From: a virus
Lineage: Duplodnaviria; Caudoviricetes
Virus record (IMG/VR): IMGVR_UViG_3300031953_000038
Span: 1 to 43,025 of that record
Strand: one strand, 5' to 3'
Length of the DNA stretch: 43,025 nucleotides
Part shown: positions 9,830-19,504 of the stretch, in pieces
How the letters are laid out: every line of letters begins with the position of its first letter
Numbering within the stretch: the stretch's first letter is position 1
Notes under the pieces: generated by a model
Seen by the model: only the letters and a program-made list of their open reading frames with translations
What the model was told of the DNA's origin: nothing
The model's database searches: none
Translations under genes and position numbers: made by a program

Positions 9830-10522
9830 ATGTCCGACTTTGACTTTGACGACTGGGTGACGCACCTCACTGTGCGAACCATTGACGTCACACTGAACAA
9901 CCGCCATGACTCGGTGTATTACGCGCGCATGAGTGAACTTTTGGCCGCGCTTGAGGATGCCGAGTCCAAGGCTGACGAAGTTGCGGCATCACTCGAGGAG
10001 GAGGCCGACGATGACGATTCGTTGCAGTCCGTCGGCAAGTATGACGCCGCTGACGTTGCCGAAGCCGCTGAACGTATCGCGGGCATCGAGGCTGAGATTG
10101 AGGCGCTTGAGGCTAGCAACCGCGCCGATGACATCACGGTGACGGTTCGCGCCCTTACTCGTGACGTGGTGCTCAAGATCACCCGCGAACACTTGCCGCC
10201 GGTGAAGATCAAGAAGCTCGCCAATGACGCCAGTGATGAGGAGATCGATGCCTGGCGTGAGCGGATGCTTGATTGGTACGCGGCCGAGCGTGACGCGAAC
10301 CTTGAGCGCGACATCCACATGATTGCCGCGGCTACCGAGTGCGTGACGTCGAAGTCTGGCACCGCTGATTCAATCAGCGTCGAGTCGTTGCGCAAGATGG
10401 CGCACTTACCTCACGGCATCACTCTCATCACCCCTCTCATTAGGGCAGTGAATGAGGCGACGCAGGGCGAGGTGGAAGCTGACCGCCCAAAATCGCAAGG
10501 GCTATCCACGAACGGCAACTAG
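9830..10522 (+). CDS. Tail assembly chaperone (gpG-like)
   Basis: RBS GGAGG before ATG 9830; acidic helical protein between the major tail gene and TMP. Confidence 0.85.
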   Translation: MSDFDFDDWVTHLTVRTIDVTLNNRHDSVYYARMSELLAALEDAESKADEVAASLEEEADDDDSLQSVGKYDAADVAEAAERIAGIEAEIEALEASNRADDITVTVRALTRDVVLKITREHLPPVKIKKLANDASDEEIDAWRERMLDWYAAERDANLERDIHMIAAATECVTSKSGTADSISVESLRKMAHLPHGITLITPLIRAVNEATQGEVEADRPKSQGLSTNGN

Positions 10523-10923
10523 CCAGCGCACTTTCGGGTGCGCGTGCGTGGAGTGTGCGCCCTACTGAGTATCTGGGCATCTCTGAGCCTGGCGAAGAGT
10601 GGTCGACTGTTGATCGCGGTCTTGCGGAGGGGCTGCTCGAACTTGAGGCAAGTCTGAACTCGTTGGGCATCCCGCAGTGGATTGCCACCGATGAGGCCAA
10701 CGACGGCATGTTTGAGGTTGAGCCCGTCATTGATTATGCGCAGGCCGCGATAGATCGGCACAGAAGCGCAGATGGGTACAAGCCTGAACCTGGTGAGACG
10801 TTGCGGTTGAGACTACTGGGCGCAAGTGACGATCCTGCCGACGAGGAACCGCTCGAGCGCATATTGCGCGAGAAGCGGGAGGCGCTAGCGGCCTCGAACG
10901 ATGAGGCCAGCGGCGAGAAGTAG
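9830..10923 (+). CDS. Tail assembly chaperone, frameshifted gpGT-like fusion
   Basis: Joins the 9830 ORF to the 10555-10923 ORF at the slippery site; ARAW..P.E.LG...W...DR.LA motif. Confidence 0.8.
10486..10492 (+). other. Programmed -1 ribosomal frameshift site C CCA AAA
   Basis: In-frame X XXY YYZ heptamer; the -1 frame is open (KIARAIHERQLASALSGARAWSVRPTEYLG) into the 10555-10923 ORF. Confidence 0.85.
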
Positions 10924-11061
10924 CCCACCAATAAATAGCACCGCGCCCTGCGGCACGAAGATGCCCCCGGCAACTATCGCGGACACCACGGAGAAGCCCA
11001 CGAGGCCACCTCCGACTTTCCCCCACCACGGCATCTTGTGCACCTGCGTCTTTTCAGTCAT
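10885..11061 (-). CDS. Small two-TM membrane protein (moron), 58 aa
   Basis: Two hydrophobic segments; own promoter TTGCGC-17-TAAGTT, 6 nt before the ATG. Confidence 0.7.
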   Translation of the reverse strand: MTEKTQVHKMPWWGKVGGGLVGFSVVSAIVAGGIFVPQGAVLFIGGLLLAAGLIVRGR

Positions 11062-11067
11062 GCCCAC

Positions 11068-11096
11068 AACTTAGACCCGACCGGAGGCCAGCGCAA
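11068..11096 (-). promoter_or_regulatory. SigA-like promoter for a leaderless antisense moron
   Basis: Minus strand reads TTGCGC-N17-TAAGTT-N6-ATG. Confidence 0.6.
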
Positions 11097-14080
11097 TGGC
11101 AAATCGCCAAATAGCGGTCCGCTTGAAGGCGGAAGTCAACGACTTTAACCGTCAGATGGCGCAGGCAGGGAAGTCATCGGAAAAGTTCGCGGCCGACTTT
11201 GACAAGAACGGTCAGAAGATCCAGACCACGTCAGGCCGCCTGGTGCGCTCGGCTGAGGTCAACCGTGCCGAGTGGCAGACCGCGGGCGCGTCGCTAACAG
11301 CGTTTGGCCTCGCTGGCGCTGCGGCGTTGACTCTCACGGCGAAGGCCGCGATTGATTGGGAGTCTGCCTGGACTGGTGTTCTCAAGACCGTTGATGGCAC
11401 CGCCTCAGAACTTAACGCACTTGAGGGAAGCCTGCGCGGCATGGCGCTCGAGTTGCCATCGTCGGCCGAGAAGATTGCCAACGTCGCGGCGAGCGCCGGT
11501 CAGTTGGGCGTCAAGGTGGACGGCATTGAGTCGTTTACGCGCACCATGATTGACCTGGGCGAGACGACGAACCTTTCCGCTGATGAGGCGGCAACGGCTC
11601 TGGCTCGCATGGCAAACATTTTTGGCACGTCCATTGAGGACGTTTCCCGCATGGGTGCCACGATCGTTGACCTGGGTAATAACTCGGCCACGACTGAGGC
11701 TGAGATTGTGGGTCTGGCGACTCGCCTCGCCGCGGCGGGTAAGCAGGCCGGGCTGTCTGAGGCTAACGTCCTGGCGTTCGCATCGACCCTCACATCGGTG
11801 GGTGTTGAGGCTGAGGCTGGTGGCACGGCACTGTCCAAGGTGTTCACGTCCATTGGTGACGCGACCCGTGACGGTGGCGACAAGTTGACGACTTTCGCGA
11901 AGGTTGCGGGCGTGTCCACGTCTGACTTCCGTGCGGCTTTCGAGGATGACGCGGCTGGCGCGATCTCCATGTTCATCGAGGGCATGGGCAAACTTGCCGA
12001 GTCGGGCCAGTCGACCACTCAGGTGTTCGATGACTTGGAGCTGACGGATCAGCGCCTGGCGCGTGCAATTCTTTCGACGGCATCGGCTGGCGACCTGCTG
12101 AACAACCAGCTGCAAATCGGCAACAGTGCGTGGAAGGAGAACACGGCGCTGGTCGAGGAAGCGAACAAGCGCTACGACACGACCGAAGCAAAGTTGCAGA
12201 TTGCCAAGAATGCGATCAACGATGCGGCGATCACTATTGGCGAGGACTTCCTGCCTGTTCTCGCGGATATGGCATCGGCGGTTGCTGGTGCCGCTGAGGC
12301 GTTCAGCAAGATCCCCGATCCGATTCGTAAGGCCGGTACGGGACTTGGCGTAGTAGCGACCAGTGCCGCCCTGCTTGGCGGCGCCCTTCTACTCGTTGTG
12401 CCGCGCATCTATGACACGGTGATGGCGTTCCAGAAGCTCAAGGCGGTTTCGCCTGGGGCAGCGTCTGGGATTACAAAGGTCAGCAAGGCGGCTGGTCTTG
12501 CCACTGTGGCGATTGCGGTCATGATCGCATCGGCCGGTATCCCCAAGTGGGGCACAGAGGCGTCTGAGGGTGCGGGCGCCACCACGCAGGCGCTTATTGA
12601 TCTCGCGGGCGGCGCGGATGTTGCGGATACGTCGCTGGGCAAGATGCTCGAGCGGGGCGGATTCAAGGACTGGTTCACGGGCAATGACGTTAACAGCGTA
12701 GAGCGAGCGTTTGCCGTACTCAAGACCCCTGGCGTATCTGAGGCCGTGGATAACGTGGTTTCTTCTGTGCTCACATTGGGCCAGGCAACTAGCACCAACA
12801 GGACTCAGGCTGAGGAGTTTTTCAAGGGGCTGGATCAGGGGCTCGCGTCACTAGTTGCGTCTGGTAGCGCAGACACTGCCGAAGCCGCGCTGGCTCAACT
12901 TGGATACACGTTTGAAGAGCTCGAGGGCTTGCTTCCGGGATACGCCGACGCATTGGCGAACGTGAGCAACGAAAAGCAACTTGCCACCGACTCCACGGTC
13001 GAACTCACCGCAGCACAGGAGCAAGAGGCTCAGGCGTCCGAGGCAGCCGCGGATGCCCTGATGAAGTGGCTCAAGGCCGTTTCTGACGCCAGCACAGGGT
13101 TCTCTACCCTGGGTAGCACGTACCAGTCTGTCGTCGATGGCAACATTGAGGCCGCGCAGGAGCAGGCCGACAAGATCAACGCCGCCAATCAGAAGCGTGC
13201 CGAGTCTGACAAGGAAACGTCCACGGCCGCGACTAAGGCGTGGGAGGACTATTACGACGGCCAGACAGTAAGCGCTGACGAGTACATTCAGTCGCTGCAA
13301 GATCAGGTTGACGCGCAACTGAACTGGCAGACGAACCTCACCGCAATCTCTGAACGCGTGCGTGACCGTCTGAGCGCGGACATGCAGGACGCGGGCAAGG
13401 AGATGATCGACGAACTCTATGGGCTTGGTCCCGAGGGCGCCGCACAGGTGGCGCTGATTGCCTCATTGTCGGAGCCTGAGTTCCGCAAGGTTGTGGATCT
13501 GTACGGTCAGCAGGGCGCGGCGGCGGCGGCTGAGTTTGCGATGGGGCTCGACACTGCACTGACGCCGGAGGTTTCGATACGCGTCAACACGGACGCGGGC
13601 GATGCGACGTACCTGCGTTGGCTTGATGGCCTGCCGCATGACGTGATCGTGGACGTTAAGCCCCGATTCTTCGACCCGACGTATGCCGATGGTGGCGCAC
13701 CGTCACCGTCCGCGCAGTACGGGAGGGGCTCGGGGTCGATACCGAAGAACGCGCGCGGAGGGATTGCCACCGGCCCCCGGGTTGGCATCTGGGGCGAGGC
13801 GGGCGACGAGGCGCTAGTTCCGCTTGACCGTCCGCTCAATCGGGTTGACCCGTCTGTGCGTGCGCTGTCGGCGTTCGCCCAGGGGCTCCCCCAGTACGCA
13901 TCGGGTGGTGTGTTCGCGCCCAGTAGCGGCCCGTCGATCGTCACAGTGCCGGTCACTTCGCGGGTCGAGCAGAACTCGCCGATCAACATCGGCACCCTTG
14001 TGTCGCACGACGTCAACAGTTTCCGACGTGAGGCGCAGCTACAACACCGCCGTCGAGCGGGAGGGGGTCGCCGTGGCTGA
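11096..14080 (+). CDS. Tape measure protein
   Basis: 994 aa, Ala-rich helical, TP901-type core (AIDWESAW.GV.KT, VDLGNN.ATTE.EI), GEAG.EAL.P near C-terminus. Confidence 0.95.
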   Translation: MANRQIAVRLKAEVNDFNRQMAQAGKSSEKFAADFDKNGQKIQTTSGRLVRSAEVNRAEWQTAGASLTAFGLAGAAALTLTAKAAIDWESAWTGVLKTVDGTASELNALEGSLRGMALELPSSAEKIANVAASAGQLGVKVDGIESFTRTMIDLGETTNLSADEAATALARMANIFGTSIEDVSRMGATIVDLGNNSATTEAEIVGLATRLAAAGKQAGLSEANVLAFASTLTSVGVEAEAGGTALSKVFTSIGDATRDGGDKLTTFAKVAGVSTSDFRAAFEDDAAGAISMFIEGMGKLAESGQSTTQVFDDLELTDQRLARAILSTASAGDLLNNQLQIGNSAWKENTALVEEANKRYDTTEAKLQIAKNAINDAAITIGEDFLPVLADMASAVAGAAEAFSKIPDPIRKAGTGLGVVATSAALLGGALLLVVPRIYDTVMAFQKLKAVSPGAASGITKVSKAAGLATVAIAVMIASAGIPKWGTEASEGAGATTQALIDLAGGADVADTSLGKMLERGGFKDWFTGNDVNSVERAFAVLKTPGVSEAVDNVVSSVLTLGQATSTNRTQAEEFFKGLDQGLASLVASGSADTAEAALAQLGYTFEELEGLLPGYADALANVSNEKQLATDSTVELTAAQEQEAQASEAAADALMKWLKAVSDASTGFSTLGSTYQSVVDGNIEAAQEQADKINAANQKRAESDKETSTAATKAWEDYYDGQTVSADEYIQSLQDQVDAQLNWQTNLTAISERVRDRLSADMQDAGKEMIDELYGLGPEGAAQVALIASLSEPEFRKVVDLYGQQGAAAAAEFAMGLDTALTPEVSIRVNTDAGDATYLRWLDGLPHDVIVDVKPRFFDPTYADGGAPSPSAQYGRGSGSIPKNARGGIATGPRVGIWGEAGDEALVPLDRPLNRVDPSVRALSAFAQGLPQYASGGVFAPSSGPSIVTVPVTSRVEQNSPINIGTLVSHDVNSFRREAQLQHRRRAGGGRRG

Positions 14081-14516
14081 TCTTGACGTGTCCGTGGTCG
14101 TGTCCCGAACTGGGGCAGACCTTGAACTAAACGACGGCACAAAGTACACCGTCGTGGACCTCTCCCCAGGTGGTCGTACGTGGCGTCGCTCCACTGTCGA
14201 GGGTCGCTACCAGCATGGGCGCAAGTCCATCGGTGAAGTTATCGACACGGCGTCCATGTCATTCACCGTGCGCGTCATGGGCACATCGTTTGCGAACGCG
14301 ATGGTCAACGCCGTGGCCATGCGCGACGCACTCGCCCAACACGCCTACACCGTCACCACTGTCATCGAGGGCGTCACCCAGGTGTTCGTTTGCGAACCCG
14401 CAGACATGGACATTGTTGGTCGCGATGGCTGGAACAAGTACGAGATTGCACGCAAGCGCCACACGTACGTCCTGACGATCCCCTACGACCCCACTCTTAC
14501 GGAGGTGCCCGCATGA
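14073..14516 (+). CDS. Minor tail protein (distal-tail-like)
   Basis: GTG start with RBS GGAGG overlapping the TMP end; first gene after TMP. Confidence 0.7.
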   Translation: MADLDVSVVVSRTGADLELNDGTKYTVVDLSPGGRTWRRSTVEGRYQHGRKSIGEVIDTASMSFTVRVMGTSFANAMVNAVAMRDALAQHAYTVTTVIEGVTQVFVCEPADMDIVGRDGWNKYEIARKRHTYVLTIPYDPTLTEVPA

Positions 14517-14875
14517 TCGGTAGCGCGTACACGTCTGCAGCGGTTCAGGCAGTCATTGGTCCTGGTCATTCCACGGAGATTCCCGCTGTTCTATGGGGCG
14601 GTTTCCTTGACGGTTTGGGTGACCTGATTGCGATGACTGGCCTCAACGTTTCGCATGACGCCTTCACGCCGATTACTGACGGGGTGGCGAACTCGGCGTC
14701 TATTGATGCGGGTGTTGCTGGCACTGGTTGGACGATTGCGGCGTTTGCGTTGTTCGATGCGGCTACCGGCGGCGAGGTTGTCGCTTCGGCTGACATATCC
14801 CCGTATGCGCCGACGGATGGCGAAGAGCTCACGTTTGCACCTGGCGACTTGACGTTCACTATTGAGGTCGCTTAG
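14513..14875 (+). CDS. Minor tail protein
   Basis: W.I..FALFDAATGG...F.PGDLT motif typical of tail-tip proteins; ATGA overlap. Confidence 0.75.
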   Translation: MIGSAYTSAAVQAVIGPGHSTEIPAVLWGGFLDGLGDLIAMTGLNVSHDAFTPITDGVANSASIDAGVAGTGWTIAAFALFDAATGGEVVASADISPYAPTDGEELTFAPGDLTFTIEVA

Positions 14876-14877
14876 CC

Positions 14878-17703
14878 GTGACGGCCCTAGACCTCGGGAG
14901 TGCAGCACACACTCTCGTTATTCCAAGCGCGCCTTCGGCGACGGAGTTCACGTTTGGCGACGAAACATTCGTGCCCACGACGTCCCCGCATGACCTGAGC
15001 ACCTATGGCGGTTGGTCCGTCATACCCCGCGACACATCTGATGGTGCGACTGAGCTGATGACGGCCACGTTTGCTCCGAGCGACAACTGGTTCTTCGTGG
15101 TGGTCCTACATGGGGCCAATTCGATGTCGGACTTCCCGATTGCGTATTCCGACTGGTTGACCATGGTTGTTGGCGCGGAGGGGGTGAGTATTGTCTCTAC
15201 GGCTGGCGTGACTGTGGCATCGGGCACTTCGCTGACCCCTATGGGTGCAGGTGCGACTGTCCTGGCCGTGGCTTGCAATGGTACCGAGTCGTTCTTTGCT
15301 ACGTCTGACGATGGAGTGGTTTCCACGGCGACCGGCGCTACTGGTGCGACCGTTGACAACTTGACACTGGGTGCGACTCCTGATGCTGCTGGTGCTGGCA
15401 TTCTGGGTGCCTGGCTGTGGGAGGGCTTGACCGTTTCGCAGGCCGATGCCCTTGACACCGTAGCCGCAATCTCGCTCGATTTTTCCGCGCCCGCGACTGA
15501 ACTAGTGGCTACTGGCTCGTGGAGAATTACGGGTTCGGCAATATTGACTGCCGGTGAAGTTGACGTTGACCCTGAGATCGTTACGCCCCCCAAGGGTGGT
15601 TCCGTCACACCCCCCGCGGTCCCGACGTACACCGTGCCGTCTGGCGCAGTCGCGCCCTACCTGCTCCACGTGTGGGAGGACATGCCGCTGCCATCCTTGG
15701 ATGGTCGTAAGTGGCCTATCGACTGGGAGCCGGATTACTCTGACGGCATTGAGTATGCACGCCCTCAGACTGTCGTTGAGGGCGTCGACGTGTCTTTCCT
15801 CAACGGAATCCCCATCCCCGTGCCGTCCTACTCGCGCGTGGAGCCGTTTGGTTCGCAAGCCGCGCAGATTGTGTTGCCGCAACTGCACGCCTTCGCCGCG
15901 ATGCCGTCGTGGGCTAAGCCTGGCGCGAACGTTGACATTCGCCTGATTAAGAAGGCGGGTGGCTACAAGACGGTGTTCTCTGGCTTGGTGCGTGAACTTG
16001 CGCGCCAGGAGGACACGGGCTTGTTCTCACTTGAATGCGATGGCGTCATGTTCGCTGCTGACTTGCAGTTGGTGCCACCGTCGTTTTCGACGGCACCCCA
16101 GGATTCGGGCCACCGTATCGCGTCCGTGCTGAATAATGTCGTCGGTCGCCGCTACTCCAAGGTTTCGTCGGTCGTCACGGGTTGCCCCACGTCGGTTGCG
16201 GGCGGTTGGGCGCCGGTTCTCACCGGCACCGTTCAGCCGCTCCTTGCGACATGCCTCACTGGCGGTCGACAGTGGACGGTCAAGTGCGCTGTTCGTCAGC
16301 CGGTCATCGCCAAAAAGGATACGACAACCAACTCGTTTACGGTACGTACGGGTCAGCGCGGCATTGATATTGACCTGTCCAAGGATGCGTCAAGTGCAGT
16401 CAACGTAATTCTCGGCGAGGGAACGAACGCCAGCCGTGGTCACTGGCGCAATGCCAAGTATCCGAACTGGAAGCCGGACGACACCCCGCCGTATCCGAAC
16501 ACGAACCCGGCGCAGACGATGCGCGTAGGCGCACGAGACTCGGGCACCGATTCCGGCTCGGGAGTTTCGGAATTCCAGCGCAAGTTGGGCTTGCCCGTGG
16601 ACCGCGCCTATTCGCAGGCTGACCGCACAGTAGTCAAGCGTGAGCAGAAGCGCGCGGGGATTACCGTGGACGGCATTGTTGGCCCGCAGTCGTGGGCGGC
16701 GTTCTTCGACACGGGCGCGAACACGGGCACCCTTGACGGCGCATTCATTGCACCCCTCGCCGCGGTACACGAAGTTATGCCGCGACTGTACGGTCCAGAC
16801 GGTGACGACCTGGGCGCAAACCCTAGCTTCGACCCCGACGTGATCCGCGTTGAGGAAAAGCGGGACTACGGCCAGGGCATCTCACGCGCCGAGGGCGCCA
16901 ATGCGGCACGGGAGGAAGTGGCGCGAACGTCGGTTCCTGCATGGCAGGGCACCATCACTTTCACACTTGACCCCGAGTCCATGTCTCGTTTCGAACTAAT
17001 GGAGGGCATGAACGGCACGGTGCTTGACTGGCAGGGCGATGACGTTTTCCTGCATGTTGCCGCCGTTGACGCGAACCCCGAGGGCGGCACGGTCACGCTG
17101 ACGGTTGACGAGCGCGCGCGGGATTATCCGACGCTTGAGGCAATCCGTGAGCGCGACCGTAACGCTACTGACCCGGCCAAGGTTGCGACCAAGCGGCTGC
17201 TGACGGGAACGGTCGCATCTGACCGTCCGGTGTATGACGCAGAGTCTCCCGCTGGGCGCATGCCTAGGCATGCGATCTTCACGAACCTGTGGGACGTGCG
17301 CCGTATCCCTATGGGCGATGCTGGCGCAATTTCCCGCACAGTGTTCACGACCACTGGCTCCCCGCAGCCGTTCTCGCTGGCAGTGTTTGGCAAGTCACTC
17401 ACGGCCGCAGATTTGCAGTCAGCCATCGGCAACCCTTTGACGTCGGAGAACAACCCGTGGGAAGATTCCGATCTTGACGACCTGGGACTCTTGCAGTCGT
17501 GGGGTTGGAAGGAGCAGCGCGCCGGTTTCTACCCCAAGACGGACTCGAACCCGACGGGCAAAACGTCGGCGCCAGTCACTGGTCGTCTCGTGGACGACGC
17601 ATCGTGGGGCTACGCATCGGAGTCGTCCCCTTGGTTGTGGGTTGCGGCGATTGCTTCGGCGGCTTGCTACATCGAGGGTCGGTTCTATGGGTCCACGTCG
17701 TGA
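14878..17703 (+). CDS. Large minor tail/baseplate hub protein with internal peptidoglycan-binding domain
   Basis: 941 aa; internal V.EFQRKLGL...Q...GITVDGIVGPQSW (PG_binding_1-like). Confidence 0.8.
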   Translation: MTALDLGSAAHTLVIPSAPSATEFTFGDETFVPTTSPHDLSTYGGWSVIPRDTSDGATELMTATFAPSDNWFFVVVLHGANSMSDFPIAYSDWLTMVVGAEGVSIVSTAGVTVASGTSLTPMGAGATVLAVACNGTESFFATSDDGVVSTATGATGATVDNLTLGATPDAAGAGILGAWLWEGLTVSQADALDTVAAISLDFSAPATELVATGSWRITGSAILTAGEVDVDPEIVTPPKGGSVTPPAVPTYTVPSGAVAPYLLHVWEDMPLPSLDGRKWPIDWEPDYSDGIEYARPQTVVEGVDVSFLNGIPIPVPSYSRVEPFGSQAAQIVLPQLHAFAAMPSWAKPGANVDIRLIKKAGGYKTVFSGLVRELARQEDTGLFSLECDGVMFAADLQLVPPSFSTAPQDSGHRIASVLNNVVGRRYSKVSSVVTGCPTSVAGGWAPVLTGTVQPLLATCLTGGRQWTVKCAVRQPVIAKKDTTTNSFTVRTGQRGIDIDLSKDASSAVNVILGEGTNASRGHWRNAKYPNWKPDDTPPYPNTNPAQTMRVGARDSGTDSGSGVSEFQRKLGLPVDRAYSQADRTVVKREQKRAGITVDGIVGPQSWAAFFDTGANTGTLDGAFIAPLAAVHEVMPRLYGPDGDDLGANPSFDPDVIRVEEKRDYGQGISRAEGANAAREEVARTSVPAWQGTITFTLDPESMSRFELMEGMNGTVLDWQGDDVFLHVAAVDANPEGGTVTLTVDERARDYPTLEAIRERDRNATDPAKVATKRLLTGTVASDRPVYDAESPAGRMPRHAIFTNLWDVRRIPMGDAGAISRTVFTTTGSPQPFSLAVFGKSLTAADLQSAIGNPLTSENNPWEDSDLDDLGLLQSWGWKEQRAGFYPKTDSNPTGKTSAPVTGRLVDDASWGYASESSPWLWVAAIASAACYIEGRFYGSTS

Positions 17704-18659
17704 CCGACTATTACGGCGAGTGGCAGGGCACTGTTTATGACACTGAGGCACCTGGTCGTGCACTCATGTCTGCCGGTTCGCTTGATGGCTATTTTGCTCC
17801 CGTGGCGGCTCGTGACTCACCAATGCCCCACCCGTTCACTATAAACTGGGTGGATCAGGGTAGTCGCGGTCGCTGGCAGGAGTGGCCGGGCACCGCTTGG
17901 CCCTCTGGCAATGCGACGTACCCGCGCAACGACCCTGATTATTTGCGCGGGTATTCGTACTTATTGGGGCACGACTCTACGCAGCCAGGATTCGAGGACG
18001 GCAACTACGTTGTGCAGCAGTTGATTCTCGACAATCCGCTTTCGTTTGAGGGTTCGTCGAACCTGCATCCGGCGTTCGAGCTCATGCCAGATGGTGCGGT
18101 TGGCGTCGATTTTGCGCTGGGTGCCATGTCGCGAGCTGAGCCGCTTGAGGTTCACGCACATGCGGTCACCATGCAGCTCATAGGGCCATCAGCGCCGCCG
18201 CCCGGTGTCGGTCACCCGTGGGAACTTGTGACGGTTGCTGGCGACTACGCGGACATCGATCTGGTCAGCGACCACCACGGCCTGTTGCCGACCGTCCCGG
18301 CGCGCGTGAGCTGGAATGAGGTGGCGACCGGCACGGTTAGTGCGGTTGGCGCAGGCTCACTGGTGGAACCGGGCGTCGTCACGTTTTCGGTTGACCCAGA
18401 CGACCTTGAGCAACTTATTTTACTTCGGGGCACCAGCGATCCTGACCTCAACGTCATCGTGTCAAACATGGCGTTCACGCGCGTCGTGACGTGGGACGAC
18501 TACCGCTACATCTTTGATGCACCTCAGGGCAATGGCATGTGGACCAGGCGTCAACGCCAAACACTTTCGGGCAACACGGGCGGGTGGCCTTTGCGTCAAC
18601 GTCACAATGGCGGCGCGACTGGTTCGTGGCCGCTACGTCAACGACAAGCGGGCGCCTGA
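17700..18659 (+). CDS. Minor tail protein with C-terminal WxxRQR repeats
   Basis: GTGA overlap with the previous gene; tail-module position. Confidence 0.7.
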   Translation: MTDYYGEWQGTVYDTEAPGRALMSAGSLDGYFAPVAARDSPMPHPFTINWVDQGSRGRWQEWPGTAWPSGNATYPRNDPDYLRGYSYLLGHDSTQPGFEDGNYVVQQLILDNPLSFEGSSNLHPAFELMPDGAVGVDFALGAMSRAEPLEVHAHAVTMQLIGPSAPPPGVGHPWELVTVAGDYADIDLVSDHHGLLPTVPARVSWNEVATGTVSAVGAGSLVEPGVVTFSVDPDDLEQLILLRGTSDPDLNVIVSNMAFTRVVTWDDYRYIFDAPQGNGMWTRRQRQTLSGNTGGWPLRQRHNGGATGSWPLRQRQAGA

Positions 18660-18689
18660 TATGGCCCGCGCGACCCACCACGGAGAAAT

Positions 18690-19055
18690 ATGGGAAACGT
18701 TCTAGAAACTGCCGCCGCTATCGGCCTGATCGGTGTCGCAATGAGTGCGCTTACCAAGTGGGTCGCACTGCCAATGGTGAGACTATCCCGCAAGGCAGCG
18801 GACTTTTTCTCCGACTGGAATGGTGAACCTGCCCGCCCTGGCCATGAGGCTCGTCGCGGAGTGATGGAGCGCCTAGCGGCGACCGAGTATTCGGCCTCAC
18901 GCGCCGAATGGCACCTCGGCAACGGCACCCCAGAGCCGATACGGGCACTGGTCGTAGACACGCAAGCCAAAGTTTCAGATATCGAGAAACGGTTAGGCCC
19001 ACTCGAGTCAACCGTGACACGTGAGCATGGCCCATTCAGCGACCGCGAAAACTAG
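18690..19055 (+). CDS. Membrane protein (N-terminal TM, DW.GEPARPG...RGVMERL)
   Basis: Motif common in actinophage tail/lysis-region membrane proteins; RBS GGAG. Confidence 0.7.
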   Translation: MGNVLETAAAIGLIGVAMSALTKWVALPMVRLSRKAADFFSDWNGEPARPGHEARRGVMERLAATEYSASRAEWHLGNGTPEPIRALVVDTQAKVSDIEKRLGPLESTVTREHGPFSDREN

Positions 19056-19063
19056 GAGGAACC

Positions 19064-19504
19064 ATGCCGGACACTTTCACCGCGGGCTATGAGTCGAAGG
19101 TCATCATTGACTGGACCATTCCGCAGGGTGCTGATACTCAGGTTGCGGTGCGTCCGTTTACTTTGACGGACCCTGCTGACCCTGCATCGGTGCGCATTTA
19201 CACGGACTATTCGACGGGCTGGTCGGCTCGTGCGCAGATTCGTAGGAAGCCTGCGAAGTCGAACACTGAGGAACCGTGGGTGGCGTTCACGTCTGCTGCG
19301 GTGACTGGGCCGCGCATCACGTTGGGTGCTGACGGTTGGATCAGGGTCGTTTTGCCTGCCGCGTCGACTGAGGGTGAGCCGTGGAACTCTTACGGTCGTG
19401 GCGCTTGGGATCTTGAGACCATCGACCCGAGTGGCGTGGTGACTCGTGAGGTCATGGGCGACGTGACAGTGAGTCATGACGTGACTCGGACGGTGACGGC
19501 ATGA
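19064..19504 (+). CDS. Tail fibre adaptor / BppU-like minor tail protein
   Basis: I.QGAD, ARAQIR, WDLE...G.V...G.VTV.DVTR pattern; RBS AGGAGG. Confidence 0.7.
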   Translation: MPDTFTAGYESKVIIDWTIPQGADTQVAVRPFTLTDPADPASVRIYTDYSTGWSARAQIRRKPAKSNTEEPWVAFTSAAVTGPRITLGADGWIRVVLPAASTEGEPWNSYGRGAWDLETIDPSGVVTREVMGDVTVSHDVTRTVTA

